A stretch of 64,000 bases of DNA from a virus: the IMG/VR virus record IMGVR_UViG_3300027754_000042; one strand, written 5' to 3'. The notes beneath the pieces were generated by a model that was not told the origin of the DNA, did no database searches, and saw nothing but the letters and a program-made list of their open reading frames with translations. This document shows, piece by piece, positions 18,623-28,670 of the stretch. The first letter of the stretch is position 1, and every line of letters begins with the position of its first letter. A program made the translations under genes and the position numbers.

Positions 18623-19038
18623 ACACAATGCAATCCATTATTGAATCCATGATTGAGGTACGACTAAAGACACCAGAAGATTTCCTAAAGATTCGCGAAA
18701 CGCTCAGCCGCATCGGTGTCGCGTCCGCAGAAAAATCAACACTCTATCAATCTTGCCATATTTTCCACAAGCAGGGCCGCTACTATGTGGTTCACTTCAA
18801 GGAACTATTCGCGCTTGATGGCAAGCCAACCAACTTCTCTGATGATGATAAGGCTCGTCGAAACAAGATCGCTAATCTACTCGCTGAATGGGAGTTGATT
18901 GATCTCGTCGATCCTAAAGCATCGGAAGACCCTATTGCTTCATTAAATCAAATCAAAATTCTCACACACAAGGAGAAGAGTGATTGGAAACTGGAAGCTA
19001 AATACAACATCGGTAAGAACCGCGGAAAGGTCGCTTGA
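18619..19038 (+). CDS. regA: translational repressor RegA
   Basis: DFLKIRETLSRIG, LYQSCHIFHKQGRYYVVHFKELF. Confidence 0.96.
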   Translation: MNTMQSIIESMIEVRLKTPEDFLKIRETLSRIGVASAEKSTLYQSCHIFHKQGRYYVVHFKELFALDGKPTNFSDDDKARRNKIANLLAEWELIDLVDPKASEDPIASLNQIKILTHKEKSDWKLEAKYNIGKNRGKVA

Positions 19039-19101
19039 TCGACGCAGCTTCTACCCTCTTGAATTTATGTGTAGTGTTGGGGGTATATCTCCTTCGCTAC
19101 A

Positions 19102-19168
19102 TATAAATAAAACCGTGATGCCCTCGGGGTCACATAATCAACCTTGCCTAATAGGAGGTCATACTATG
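19102..19168 (+). promoter_or_regulatory. late promoter plus ROSE-like structured 5' UTR of hsp20
   Basis: TATAAATA at 19102; hairpin GTGATGCCC/GGGGTCAC; ACCTTGCCT pairs with SD AGGAGGT leaving a bulged G. Confidence 0.6.
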
Positions 19169-19621
19169 ACTAAGAACGACTACGCACAAATCCCATCTCC
19201 ATTCGCATCTTTCGATCCTTTCTCTGTCGGCTTCGACAAGACATTTAAGCTGCTATCTTCGCAGTTGGATGGCATCGGTAAGAACCTTCCTGGATATCCA
19301 CCTTACAATATCAAGAAGGTCGATGATAACAAGTATGTTATCGAAATGGCTGTCGCGGGATTCGCAAAGACAGATATCGAGCTGACTCTCGATGGTGGTA
19401 AGCTAACCATCGCTGGTAAGACTAAAGACTCCAGTGATATGGATAAGGCTACCGAATTCTACTACTACAAGGGAATTGCAGAGCGTGCCTTCAATCGCAC
19501 ATTCACTCTTGCTGATACTGTAGTGGTAAACAATGCCGAATTGATGAACGGCATTCTCAAGGTGTGGTTGGAAAACTTTATCCCTGAGAACCAGAAGCCT
19601 AAGAACATCAAGATCGACTAA
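19166..19621 (+). CDS. small heat-shock protein Hsp20/IbpA family
   Basis: YPPYNI, IEMAVAGF, GIAERAF, NGIL; SD AGGAGG fixes the start. Confidence 0.93.
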   Translation: MTKNDYAQIPSPFASFDPFSVGFDKTFKLLSSQLDGIGKNLPGYPPYNIKKVDDNKYVIEMAVAGFAKTDIELTLDGGKLTIAGKTKDSSDMDKATEFYYYKGIAERAFNRTFTLADTVVVNNAELMNGILKVWLENFIPENQKPKNIKID

Positions 19622-19650
19622 TTACAACCCATTGAATCCTACATCATGCA

Positions 19651-19680
19651 AGCGAGCTGGGAAACTGGCTCGCTATTATT
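19651..19680 (+). terminator. hairpin / probable terminator
   Basis: AGCGAGCTGG/CTGGCTCGCT stem, TATTATT tail. Confidence 0.55.
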
Positions 19681-19696
19681 GTTCGGAGAAAGACAA

Positions 19697-19861
19697 ATGC
19701 AAAATATTTTTAACTTAATCGCAAAGAAAGTAGAAGACACACGCCGCTACTACAAGGCGTTGAATGAATTGAATCGTCTATCGGATAGAGAACTATCTGA
19801 CATTGGATTATATCGTGGTGAAATTCCTATGGTTGCTATGACGGTACTAAATAGAAAGTAA
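19697..19861 (+). CDS. DUF1127 (YjiS-like) small protein
   Basis: ELNRLSDRELSDIGLYRGEI signature. Confidence 0.85.
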   Translation: MQNIFNLIAKKVEDTRRYYKALNELNRLSDRELSDIGLYRGEIPMVAMTVLNRK

Positions 19862-19878
19862 CTCAATAAGGAGTGACT

Positions 19879-20496
19879 ATGGCTATTACATTCGAACAGT
19901 TGAATGAGTTCTTCGAAGATACGGGCGAAGATGTTATTCAGAAATATGTGGAACCTCTAAATGAGGTTATGGATTTTTATGAAATCAACACCCCTCAACG
20001 TATCTCAATGTTCCTTGCTCAGGTAGGCCATGAATCTGGTGGACTAAGAACGATCAAGGAAAATCTAAACTATTCAGCAGATCGCTTGAAGGTAATTTTC
20101 CCTAAGTATTTTCGTGGAGTAGATACAGCACCGTTCGCTAAGAACCCACAGAAAATTGCCAATCGTGTCTATGCTTCGCGCATGGGTAACGGTGATGAAG
20201 CATCAGGAGATGGGTATCGCTACTGCGGACGTGGGCTTATCCAATTGACAGGCAAATCAAATTATGAAGCTTTTGCCAAAGACATGGGGTGGCCACTAGA
20301 AGAAGCAACCGAGTGGTTGAGTACAGAAGAAGGAGCTGCGTGGAGTGCTGGATGGTTCTGGGACTCGCGTGAACTAAACAATTGGGCTGATAAAGGTGAC
20401 GTTGTTAATGTAACTAAAAAAATCAATGGTGGTACCATTGGACTTGAAGATCGTAAATCTCATTATGCTGCTGCCCTGGAGATATTCACAGCATAA
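19879..20496 (+). CDS. glycoside hydrolase family 19 endolysin
   Basis: FLAQVGHES, ENLNY, GRGLIQLTG, TKKINGG; CTAAATA late-type box at 19847. Confidence 0.92.
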   Translation: MAITFEQLNEFFEDTGEDVIQKYVEPLNEVMDFYEINTPQRISMFLAQVGHESGGLRTIKENLNYSADRLKVIFPKYFRGVDTAPFAKNPQKIANRVYASRMGNGDEASGDGYRYCGRGLIQLTGKSNYEAFAKDMGWPLEEATEWLSTEEGAAWSAGWFWDSRELNNWADKGDVVNVTKKINGGTIGLEDRKSHYAAALEIFTA

Positions 20497-20505
20497 GGAA
20501 ATGCG

Positions 20506-20967
20506 ATGCCTAAATTTACAGTAGAAACGGATGAACCTAAACCAGCAATGGATCAGATTCCCCCTGCAACTAAAGGAGCAGGCGCTTCAATCCAGACTAC
20601 ATATATCGACTCAACCCCTAGAGCAGGTGCACCATCAGCCCCACAGTTATCCGAAGCAGCTCAGCTTGCTAAGATTGAACTGGAAAAGAAACAGTGGGAA
20701 GCAGAGAACGCAAAGCAGAATGAAGACTGGATGGTCAAGAAGTGGCGACCCGCAATGGGTTGGTGCTACATGGTCATTTGTTGTTTAGACATGGCTATAT
20801 TCCCAATCATGTGGAATGTGATTCAAGTTATGATGAAGCAACCACTAACCCAATGGAATCCACTTACGCTGCAAGGCGCTGGTTTGTTCCATCTAGCAAT
20901 GGGTGCAGTTCTTGGTATCTCTGCTTGGTCAAGAGGACAAGAGAAAATGCAAGGTGTAACAAAATAA
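20506..20967 (+). CDS. holin (3TM gene-transfer-release-like family)
   Basis: KWRPAMGW, WNPLTLQG, hydrophobic helices; follows endolysin. Confidence 0.7.
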   Translation: MPKFTVETDEPKPAMDQIPPATKGAGASIQTTYIDSTPRAGAPSAPQLSEAAQLAKIELEKKQWEAENAKQNEDWMVKKWRPAMGWCYMVICCLDMAIFPIMWNVIQVMMKQPLTQWNPLTLQGAGLFHLAMGAVLGISAWSRGQEKMQGVTK

Positions 20968-20977
20968 GGATTTTAAA

Positions 20978-21289
20978 ATGAATGATGATGTTGAAAGTGT
21001 GATGGTCGTTAGGTTTTTCACTGGCGATGAAGTGATTGGTAAAGTGAGTGCGTTTGGTCAGCATAATATTGTAATCAAAAAGCCCGCCGCTATTGTGATG
21101 CAACAGGGCACAAATGGTAAAGCCAGTATGGGCCTTCTTGATTACCTACCAATGGCAAAGAGTAAAGAGATTGTGGTTAGTTCGTCCAATATTCTCTTTG
21201 TCTATGAGCCAATGCTTGATGTTGAAAATGCTTACAACACCTCATTTGGTTCTGGATTGGTATTGCCGAAAAGCGGGTTGACATTTTGA
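20978..21289 (+). CDS. conserved T4-like hypothetical protein
   Basis: TGDEVIG...FGSGLVLP pattern typical of the gene before gp43. Confidence 0.7.
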   Translation: MNDDVESVMVVRFFTGDEVIGKVSAFGQHNIVIKKPAAIVMQQGTNGKASMGLLDYLPMAKSKEIVVSSSNILFVYEPMLDVENAYNTSFGSGLVLPKSGLTF

Positions 21290-21306
21290 TGACGATGGTG
21301 TACTAT
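21278..21306 (+). promoter_or_regulatory. sigma70-type promoter giving a leaderless gp43 mRNA
   Basis: TTGACA-N17-TACTAT; ATG 5 nt after -10. Confidence 0.7.
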
Positions 21307-21311
21307 ACACC

Positions 21312-23843
21312 ATGAGCAAATTTTACACCAATGCGATGCAGTTCGGCAACAACATCTTGGTTCGCGGTTACGACCGCGGGCTACAGTTCAACGAAAAGAT
21401 TCCCTACAAGCCCACGATGTTTGTCCAGTCAAAGCATGAGAATGCAAGCTGGACCGACATTCGTGGGCTTTCGCTTGAGCCAATCCAATTTGAATCCATC
21501 AATGAAGCTAAGGACTTTCTCAAGCAATATGAAGACGTAACCAATTTCAATATCTTTGGTCTACAGCGGTTCGTCTACACATACCTGAATGAAGAATATC
21601 CAACCGATGTGCCATATGATCGTGACCAAATCAAGGTCGCATATCTTGATATCGAAGTAAGTTCTGAGAATGGTTTTCCTGCGGTAGAGCGAGCATCGGA
21701 TACCGTCACAGCCATCACGTTGAAGAAAGGCCCGATCTTTCATGTGTTTGGTTTAAAGCCATACACACCAACACGCAATGACGTTTTCTACCATCACTGT
21801 GTCAACGAAAAAGAATTGCTCATTCGTTTTCTGAGTGAGTGGGCGCACGATGGTTATCCCGATATCGTCACTGGTTGGAATATCACATGGTTTGATATTC
21901 CTTATCTTGCCAAACGTATGACAACGGTCATTGGTGAAAGTGAAATGAAGCGCCTCTCACCATGGAAAAATGTCCGTGAGAGACGAGTTCAAATGACATT
22001 CAACAAGGTGCAGGTTGCATATGATATTGGTGGTGTGGCTACACTTGATTATCTTGAGATGTATAAGAAATTCACATACTCTCAGCAGGAATCATATCGT
22101 CTTGACCATATTGCATTCGTTGAACTTGGTGAGAAGAAACTAGACCATTCTGAATTTGAGACACTCCACGAATTCTACATGAAAGATCATACTAAGTTTA
22201 TTGACTACAATATCATCGACGTGGAACTTATCGTGAAGATGGACGATAAGATGAAACTAATTGATATGGCCCTCGCGCTCGCGTATGACGCGAAAGTTAC
22301 CATCGCGGACGTGTTCACGCAGGTGCGTATGTGGGATGTTATCACGCACAACCATTTGTGGAAGAAGAGAATCGCAGTACCACTCAACGGTGGTGGTAGC
22401 AAGGACGAAGTGTTTGTTGGTGCGTATGTGAAAGACCCACAGGTTGGTTCGCACTCATGGGTCATGTCTTTTGATTTGAACAGTCTGTATCCACATTTGA
22501 TTATGCAGTATAACATTTCACCTGAAACCATTCATGTGAACGCGAAAGGCTATGCAATCCAAGCAGACGTTACGATTGATGATCTGCTTGCTGGTAATAT
22601 GCCAGAAGTGCCTGATGGTTATGGCCTTGCAGCTAACGGTTGTTTCTTTAGTAAAGCGAAGCAAGGGTTCTTGCCTACGATTATGCAACGCATGTACAAT
22701 GACCGTGTGGTGTATAAGGACAAGATGATCCTTGCTCAAAAGGCCTACGAGAATGCAAAGACCGAAGCTGAGAAAAAACAGGCTGTTAAAGATATCTCAC
22801 GCTACAAGAATATGCAGCTTGCAAAGAAAGTACAGTTGAACTCCGCATATGGCGCTATCGGTAATCAGCATTTCCGTTTCTTTGATATTGACCAAGCTAC
22901 CGCTATCACTCTTGGTGGGCAACTATCAATTCGTTGGGCTGAAAATGAAATGAATAAGTATCTCAACAAATTATTGAAGACGGAGGATTATGATTATGTT
23001 ATTGCGTCTGATACAGATTCGCTTTATATTAGCTTTGATAAATTGGTACATAGCGTCTTTGAAAAGAGAATTGAGGCTGAAGGGCTTACTCCGGAACTCA
23101 AAGAAAAGATCATTAACTTTCTTGATAAGGTGGCTAGTGATAAAATGGAACCAGTTATTGATCGCATCTATCAGGATCTTGCTGAACGTATGTGTGCCTT
23201 CCAGCAAAAAATGAATATGAAGCGCGAAGTAATTGCAGACCGTGGCATCTGGACCGCAAAGAAGCGATACATTCTCAATGTCCATGATTCCGAAGGTGTG
23301 CGATATGCTAAGCCAAAATTAAAAATCATGGGTATGGAAGCTGTAAAGTCCTCAACACCAGCAGCTTGCCGCACGGCTATTAAAGATGTTCTTAACATCG
23401 TTATGACACAGAGCGAAGATGACCTGCATAGGTACATTGAAAAGTTCCGTAAAGAGTTTTGCAAGTTACCATTTGAAGATATTGCATTCCCTCGCAGTGT
23501 CCAGAACCTCACTAAATATCAGTACGAGACAAAAGGCGTTCCCATGCATGTGCGTGGTGCTATCGTATTCAATAAGAAGCTGCAACAGATGAAGCTTACG
23601 AAAAAATACGAGCAAATCAAAGACGGTGAAAAGATCCGCTTTGCTTATATGAAGATGCCAAATCCTATCCATGAGAATGTGATTGCCGTAATCTCTCAGT
23701 TGCCACCTGAGTTTAAATTAAACGCATATATTGACTATGATATGCAATTTGATAAGGCATTTCTCGATCCACTTCGCACTATTCTTAACACCATTAATTG
23801 GCACACCGAAAAACAATCCACACTGGAGGCATTCTTCACATGA
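21312..23843 (+). CDS. gp43: family B DNA polymerase gp43
   Basis: DIE exonuclease, SFDLNSLYP, KVQLNSAYG, SDTDS, KKRY. Confidence 0.97.
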   Translation: MSKFYTNAMQFGNNILVRGYDRGLQFNEKIPYKPTMFVQSKHENASWTDIRGLSLEPIQFESINEAKDFLKQYEDVTNFNIFGLQRFVYTYLNEEYPTDVPYDRDQIKVAYLDIEVSSENGFPAVERASDTVTAITLKKGPIFHVFGLKPYTPTRNDVFYHHCVNEKELLIRFLSEWAHDGYPDIVTGWNITWFDIPYLAKRMTTVIGESEMKRLSPWKNVRERRVQMTFNKVQVAYDIGGVATLDYLEMYKKFTYSQQESYRLDHIAFVELGEKKLDHSEFETLHEFYMKDHTKFIDYNIIDVELIVKMDDKMKLIDMALALAYDAKVTIADVFTQVRMWDVITHNHLWKKRIAVPLNGGGSKDEVFVGAYVKDPQVGSHSWVMSFDLNSLYPHLIMQYNISPETIHVNAKGYAIQADVTIDDLLAGNMPEVPDGYGLAANGCFFSKAKQGFLPTIMQRMYNDRVVYKDKMILAQKAYENAKTEAEKKQAVKDISRYKNMQLAKKVQLNSAYGAIGNQHFRFFDIDQATAITLGGQLSIRWAENEMNKYLNKLLKTEDYDYVIASDTDSLYISFDKLVHSVFEKRIEAEGLTPELKEKIINFLDKVASDKMEPVIDRIYQDLAERMCAFQQKMNMKREVIADRGIWTAKKRYILNVHDSEGVRYAKPKLKIMGMEAVKSSTPAACRTAIKDVLNIVMTQSEDDLHRYIEKFRKEFCKLPFEDIAFPRSVQNLTKYQYETKGVPMHVRGAIVFNKKLQQMKLTKKYEQIKDGEKIRFAYMKMPNPIHENVIAVISQLPPEFKLNAYIDYDMQFDKAFLDPLRTILNTINWHTEKQSTLEAFFT

Positions 23844-24055
23844 AAGACGACGAATACGATTTTGGCTTTACATTTTCTGACACCGAAGAAATTAAAAGTC
23901 AGGCTGTTGACAAGGCAGAAGGCTTGCGTAAGATGATTATGCCATTGCTGAATAACTTGATGAAGAATCCTGAAAAGGATACCATCGTATGGCCTAACCG
24001 GGATAAGACAATCAAAACTTTCATCAAGAAGATGGATGACTACATGAAGTCCTGA
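23840..24055 (+). CDS. conserved hypothetical protein
   Basis: DFGFTF...LLNNL..NPEKDTI.WPNR; ATGA overlap. Confidence 0.7.
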   Translation: MKDDEYDFGFTFSDTEEIKSQAVDKAEGLRKMIMPLLNNLMKNPEKDTIVWPNRDKTIKTFIKKMDDYMKS

Positions 24056-24066
24056 AGGGCAATCGT

Positions 24067-24651
24067 ATGACACAACTCTGGAGCATAGATTATAATGATT
24101 ATACAAAAAATAAAGATTTAAAATGGCAGCATTGTTCCAGAACAAATAGATATGTTTATGTCACGCCTAATGGCATAAAAGATATCTACAACTTCTGTAA
24201 AATTTATAAAACTATATCAATTTTAGATTATGGATGTGGCTTTGATTATAGCTATGCAAAAGATGGATCGCATCAAAAAAAAATTACTGATAATATCAAT
24301 GTTACTAGATATGACCCCTTTATCGAAGAATATTCTATTCAGCCTTCACAAGCTTCAGATATCGTAGTATGCAATAATGTATTAAACGCGATTGAACCTG
24401 ATTTTTTTGATGAGGTTATGAAAAACATTTATAATTTGACAAACAAGGCCGTAATATGTAACATAATTGTTCCCGGGATGCACATATCAACAGCCGAAGA
24501 ATTTATCAAGAAAATAGCAAAAAGTAAATTCACGATCAAAGAATTTACATATAAAACTCTAAATGAATGGAAAAATATCGTGGGCTACGCCACCCACGAT
24601 TCTGATAATGATAGCAATGAAAAAGTTTTGTATATGTTGCTAGAAAAATAA
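24067..24651 (+). CDS. class I SAM-dependent methyltransferase-like protein
   Basis: ILDYGCG, YDP, DIVVCNNVL; markedly AT-rich. Confidence 0.7.
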   Translation: MTQLWSIDYNDYTKNKDLKWQHCSRTNRYVYVTPNGIKDIYNFCKIYKTISILDYGCGFDYSYAKDGSHQKKITDNINVTRYDPFIEEYSIQPSQASDIVVCNNVLNAIEPDFFDEVMKNIYNLTNKAVICNIIVPGMHISTAEEFIKKIAKSKFTIKEFTYKTLNEWKNIVGYATHDSDNDSNEKVLYMLLEK

Positions 24652-24657
24652 TTGTGG

Positions 24658-24686
24658 TTGACAATCTAATAAACTTGTGATATGAT
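24658..24686 (+). promoter_or_regulatory. sigma70-type promoter
   Basis: TTGACA-N17-TATGAT. Confidence 0.75.
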
Positions 24687-24707
24687 GTTTATATTAATGG
24701 AGGTAAT

Positions 24708-25760
24708 ATGTCACTCAAAGATAAGCTAATCAAAAATTCTACAATCGCTTTCACGTCCACATTGGCTGATAGCAAAATCTTCGCGAAGAAGGATATGATT
24801 CCTACTTCTGTTCCCATGATTAACGTAGCACTATCTGGCAGCGTTGATGGCGGTATTGTACCAGGCCTTACAATGCTCGCTGGTCCATCAAAGCATTTCA
24901 AGACTGGCTTTGCTTTGCTTATGGCTTCATCGTTTCTAAAGAAGTATCCTGATGGTATCGTACTGTTTTATGATTCTGAGTTTGGTACTCCTCAGTCTTA
25001 TTTTGAAACATTTGGTATTCCGTTTGATAGTGTGGTGCATACACCGATCACTGATATCGAGGAACTAAAGTTTGATATCATGCAGCAAATGAAAGAGATT
25101 ACTCGCGACGAACATGTTATGATTGTTATTGATTCTATTGGTAATCTTGCATCAAAGAAAGAAGTGGACGATGCGCTAGACGGTAAGTCGGTCGCTGATA
25201 TGTCCAGAGCAAAGCAGTTGAAGTCTTTGTTCCGTATGATTACGCCACACTTGACGCTCAAGGATATGCCTATGATCGTCGTCAATCATACCTATAAAGA
25301 GATCGGTCTATATCCAAAAGATATCGTTGGCGGTGGTACCGGCTCGTACTATTCATCCGATGCTATTTGGATTCTTGGTCGTCAGCAAGACAAGGACGGT
25401 ACTGAGATCCAAGGTTACCATTTCGTTATCAATGTTGAGAAGTCGCGCTATGTCAAAGAGAAGTCCAAGATCCCAATTACCGTCTCTTTCGAAGGTGGTA
25501 TTAATCGTTGGTCAGGCCTCCTTGATGTTGCTCTCGACGGCGGTTATATTATTAAGCCTAAGAATGGATGGTATGCAACAGTCGATAAGGAAACTGGAGA
25601 AGTCCATACACCAAACTTCCGAGCAGGAGATATTGTCAACAACAAAGAGTTTTGGCTAAAAATGTTCAAGGAAACGGATTTCTCTCAGTACATTGAAAGC
25701 AAGTACAAGATGGCTATGGGTGCTATCATGGAAGATAGTGGTGATGACGATGCCGAATAA
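24708..25760 (+). CDS. uvsX: RecA-like recombinase UvsX
   Basis: AGPSKHFKT, YDSEFG, IDSIGNLAS. Confidence 0.96.
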   Translation: MSLKDKLIKNSTIAFTSTLADSKIFAKKDMIPTSVPMINVALSGSVDGGIVPGLTMLAGPSKHFKTGFALLMASSFLKKYPDGIVLFYDSEFGTPQSYFETFGIPFDSVVHTPITDIEELKFDIMQQMKEITRDEHVMIVIDSIGNLASKKEVDDALDGKSVADMSRAKQLKSLFRMITPHLTLKDMPMIVVNHTYKEIGLYPKDIVGGGTGSYYSSDAIWILGRQQDKDGTEIQGYHFVINVEKSRYVKEKSKIPITVSFEGGINRWSGLLDVALDGGYIIKPKNGWYATVDKETGEVHTPNFRAGDIVNNKEFWLKMFKETDFSQYIESKYKMAMGAIMEDSGDDDAE

Positions 25761-26124
25761 TGTTATTGACAATCCCGTTGCACCACGCTATAATCACTTA
25801 GATCATCCAAGCGTACAGAATTTCACATGCATCCATGTTCAAGATGGTGAGTTCGAAGGTTTGGTATATCACTATGAGAACCTAAAGATTGGCGCACCAG
25901 ATGAAGAAGGTGCATTGCTTACCTTCAATTATCATATCGTTGAAGGTTCAACACCGGAAGATCCTGAAGTGAAGCGCCGTATGGAAGATGTTATTGCTTC
26001 CATCATTTATCATATTTTATCTGACAGTGTAGGGAAGATTGGATCCGATGAGAATAGAACAGACAATCCTGAAGAATCTGGTGCACAACGAGGACTTCGC
26101 ACGGAAGACCCTGCCGTTTCTTAA
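25750..26124 (+). CDS. hypothetical protein in the gp40 position
   Basis: Between uvsX and gp41. Confidence 0.6.
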   Translation: MPNNVIDNPVAPRYNHLDHPSVQNFTCIHVQDGEFEGLVYHYENLKIGAPDEEGALLTFNYHIVEGSTPEDPEVKRRMEDVIASIIYHILSDSVGKIGSDENRTDNPEESGAQRGLRTEDPAVS

Positions 26125-27469
26125 AGACGAGTATTTTACCAATGGTAGTGAACGCGCGGTATTCCTGCGCGTTCATGATTTTATGATGAAGTATAATTCT
26201 AGGCCCACACGCGAAGCTCTTGCAGTTGAGTTGGACAATGCAACCAACATGCCAGAAGAAGAGCATAAGCGGGCTCTTGAGGTAGTTGCTAATCTTAGCG
26301 AACCAGAACCTACTGACATTCAATGGTTGCTTGACAACACCGAAAAGTTTTGCCAAGAGAAAGCTGTCCATAATGCAATCATGGAAAGCATTACCATTCT
26401 TGATGGTAAAGATAAGAACCGCTCGTCTAGTAGCATCCCTGAGATCCTATCAGAGGCCCTCGGCGTATCTTTTGATTCTCATGTTGGTCACGATTTCATC
26501 GAGGACTTCGGTGAGCGATATGATTTCTACCATCGCGTAGAAGAAAAGATTCCGTTTGATCTAGGTCTGATGAACGATATCACTCGTGGTGGTCTATCTC
26601 GTAAGTCTCTCAACATCATCCTCGCTGGCACCGGTGCTGGTAAAACTTTGATGATGTGCCACTTCGCAGCAAATAATCTTGCGTCTGGTAAGAATGTTCT
26701 CTATATCACGATGGAAATGGCCGAAGAGAAAATCGCAGAGCGCATTGATGCCAACCTGCTGAATGTGCCACTAGAAGACCTTGGGCAGCTACCGCGTGAT
26801 ATGTACGAAAAGAAGATTGAACGCCTTCGTGCGAAGACAACTGGTAAGCTTATCATCAAGGAATATCCTACTGCATCCGCACACGCGGGACATTTTAGGC
26901 ATCTCCTGAATGAGCTAAATCTAAAGCGAAATTTTATGCCAGATATCATCTATATTGATTACCTGAATATCTGCATGTCCGCACGAATCAAACCTGGTGC
27001 AAATGTGAATAGTTATACATACATTAAGGCTATTGCAGAAGAGCTTCGTGGCCTTGCGGTAGAGAAAAATCTACCCATCGTATCAGCCACACAGACAACC
27101 AGGTCTGGCTATACTTCAAGCGATCCTGGGCTTGAAGATACATCTGAGTCGTTTGGTTTACCAGCCACGGCCGACTTTATGATTGCTCTTATCCGTACCG
27201 AAGACGCAGACGAGCGTGGGCAGGTAATGGTAAAGCAATTGAAGAACCGCTATGCTGATCCAGCTATCAATAAAAGGTTTATGCTTGGTATTGATAGAAC
27301 CAAAATGCGTCTCTTTGACGCTGAGGATAGCGCACAGGATGATCTGATTGATGATAGTCGTGGTGGTAAGACCAAGCGGTCTGACTCCGTAATGGACAAC
27401 TCTAAGTTTGGTATGGAAGACCGTGAGCGTACCAAACCAAAGTCAAAGTTTGGTAATTTCAAATTCTAA
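26048..27469 (+). CDS. gp41: replicative helicase gp41
   Basis: AGTGAGKT, IDYLNI, SATQTTR, SESFGLPATAD, KQLKNRY. Confidence 0.96.
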   Translation: MRIEQTILKNLVHNEDFARKTLPFLKDEYFTNGSERAVFLRVHDFMMKYNSRPTREALAVELDNATNMPEEEHKRALEVVANLSEPEPTDIQWLLDNTEKFCQEKAVHNAIMESITILDGKDKNRSSSSIPEILSEALGVSFDSHVGHDFIEDFGERYDFYHRVEEKIPFDLGLMNDITRGGLSRKSLNIILAGTGAGKTLMMCHFAANNLASGKNVLYITMEMAEEKIAERIDANLLNVPLEDLGQLPRDMYEKKIERLRAKTTGKLIIKEYPTASAHAGHFRHLLNELNLKRNFMPDIIYIDYLNICMSARIKPGANVNSYTYIKAIAEELRGLAVEKNLPIVSATQTTRSGYTSSDPGLEDTSESFGLPATADFMIALIRTEDADERGQVMVKQLKNRYADPAINKRFMLGIDRTKMRLFDAEDSAQDDLIDDSRGGKTKRSDSVMDNSKFGMEDRERTKPKSKFGNFKF

Positions 27470-27499
27470 ATAGATATTCGACGGCTGGAGAATTAAGTA

Positions 27500-27727
27500 A
27501 TGCAGATTAAGATGTTCACAAAGGACGTGTGCAGTTATTGTGCTGCGGCCAAAGATTTCTTCAACGACCGCCATCTTGAGTTCACCGAGTTTAAGATTGG
27601 CAAACATATTACCCGTGAAGATTTCGTTAAGCAGTATCCTGACTATCGTACAGTACCTCAGATTTTTATCAATGACGAACATGTTGGTGGTTACGACGAT
27701 TTAGTTAAGGATCCTAGATTTAAATAG
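27500..27727 (+). CDS. glutaredoxin
   Basis: CSYC, TVPQIF, GGYDD. Confidence 0.92.
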   Translation: MQIKMFTKDVCSYCAAAKDFFNDRHLEFTEFKIGKHITREDFVKQYPDYRTVPQIFINDEHVGGYDDLVKDPRFK

Positions 27728-27736
27728 GAGACTAAA

Positions 27737-28600
27737 ATGTTAAAAACAACCATGGCTGTACTCATGCTGGTGTTCTTATGTAACACCGCAGAAGCCGAAC
27801 CCAAGAAGAAAGTTTCAGCGAAGACCGCGGAACGCTACTGTAACCTAAGCGTACAAGACAGATACGCACATCTTGCAAAATTCTGCAAGCAGTTGCAAGC
27901 AAAGAGAGTAGTCCCAGCCGCAGCTGCTATTGTTGCGTCTACATATGATGACGACACGCCTGCAAATTTCTTCAGACAGGATAGGGAGAGAGCCGAAGCA
28001 TCACAGTTTTTTGCTGGTTGGCAAAAGCTAGATGCGCCACCGGTAGAGCATAAGAAGCCTAAAGCTAAACCGGTAATGGCTGTTATTGATTTGAATACCG
28101 AGCTTCCTAAGGGTAACACCAATGTATCTCAGTCGCATCCAGAACAACCTATGCGCCGTGAAAATCCACGCCCTGTGTTTGCACCAGAACCAGTGCGGAT
28201 TGCGAGAGAGTGGGAAGGGCTAAATGTAAGAAACGACCGTTCCGATCTTACCAAGCTACTATCAGCTGGTAATGATATGAAGGTGGACCCAGTTCGTATT
28301 CCATGGTGTGCAGCTTTCGCAAATGCGGTATTAAATAAGGCTGGATACCAGGGCACAGGTTCTCTATTAGCTCGCAGCTTTTTAGGGTACGGAATTCCTA
28401 CTACATATCCAAGAGAAGGTGATATTGCGGTGTTTTCACGAGGCAAGAATAGCTCAGCAGGCCATGTTGGGTTCTATGTCGGTGAGGAAACTGTTGATGG
28501 TGTTAGATACATCAAGGTTCTTGGTGGTAACCAGAACAAAGAGGTTAGCGTAGCTTACTACCCAGCAAACAAGTTGCTGGGCTACAGAAAATTGGGCTAG
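27737..28600 (+). CDS. secreted protein with C-terminal TIGR02594/CHAP-NlpC/P60-like domain
   Basis: Signal peptide; PWCAAF, ARSF, GHVGF, LGGNQ. Confidence 0.8.
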   Translation: MLKTTMAVLMLVFLCNTAEAEPKKKVSAKTAERYCNLSVQDRYAHLAKFCKQLQAKRVVPAAAAIVASTYDDDTPANFFRQDRERAEASQFFAGWQKLDAPPVEHKKPKAKPVMAVIDLNTELPKGNTNVSQSHPEQPMRRENPRPVFAPEPVRIAREWEGLNVRNDRSDLTKLLSAGNDMKVDPVRIPWCAAFANAVLNKAGYQGTGSLLARSFLGYGIPTTYPREGDIAVFSRGKNSSAGHVGFYVGEETVDGVRYIKVLGGNQNKEVSVAYYPANKLLGYRKLG

Positions 28601-28632
28601 CATACAAGGAGGTGCCTTTTATTATGTTAGTC

Positions 28633-28662
28633 AGGGGGAAGCAATAACGCTTTCCCCTTTTT
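28633..28662 (+). terminator. intrinsic terminator
   Basis: AGGGGGAAGC/GCTTTCCCCT stem plus T-run. Confidence 0.8.
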
Positions 28663-28670
28663 CGTTTTAT

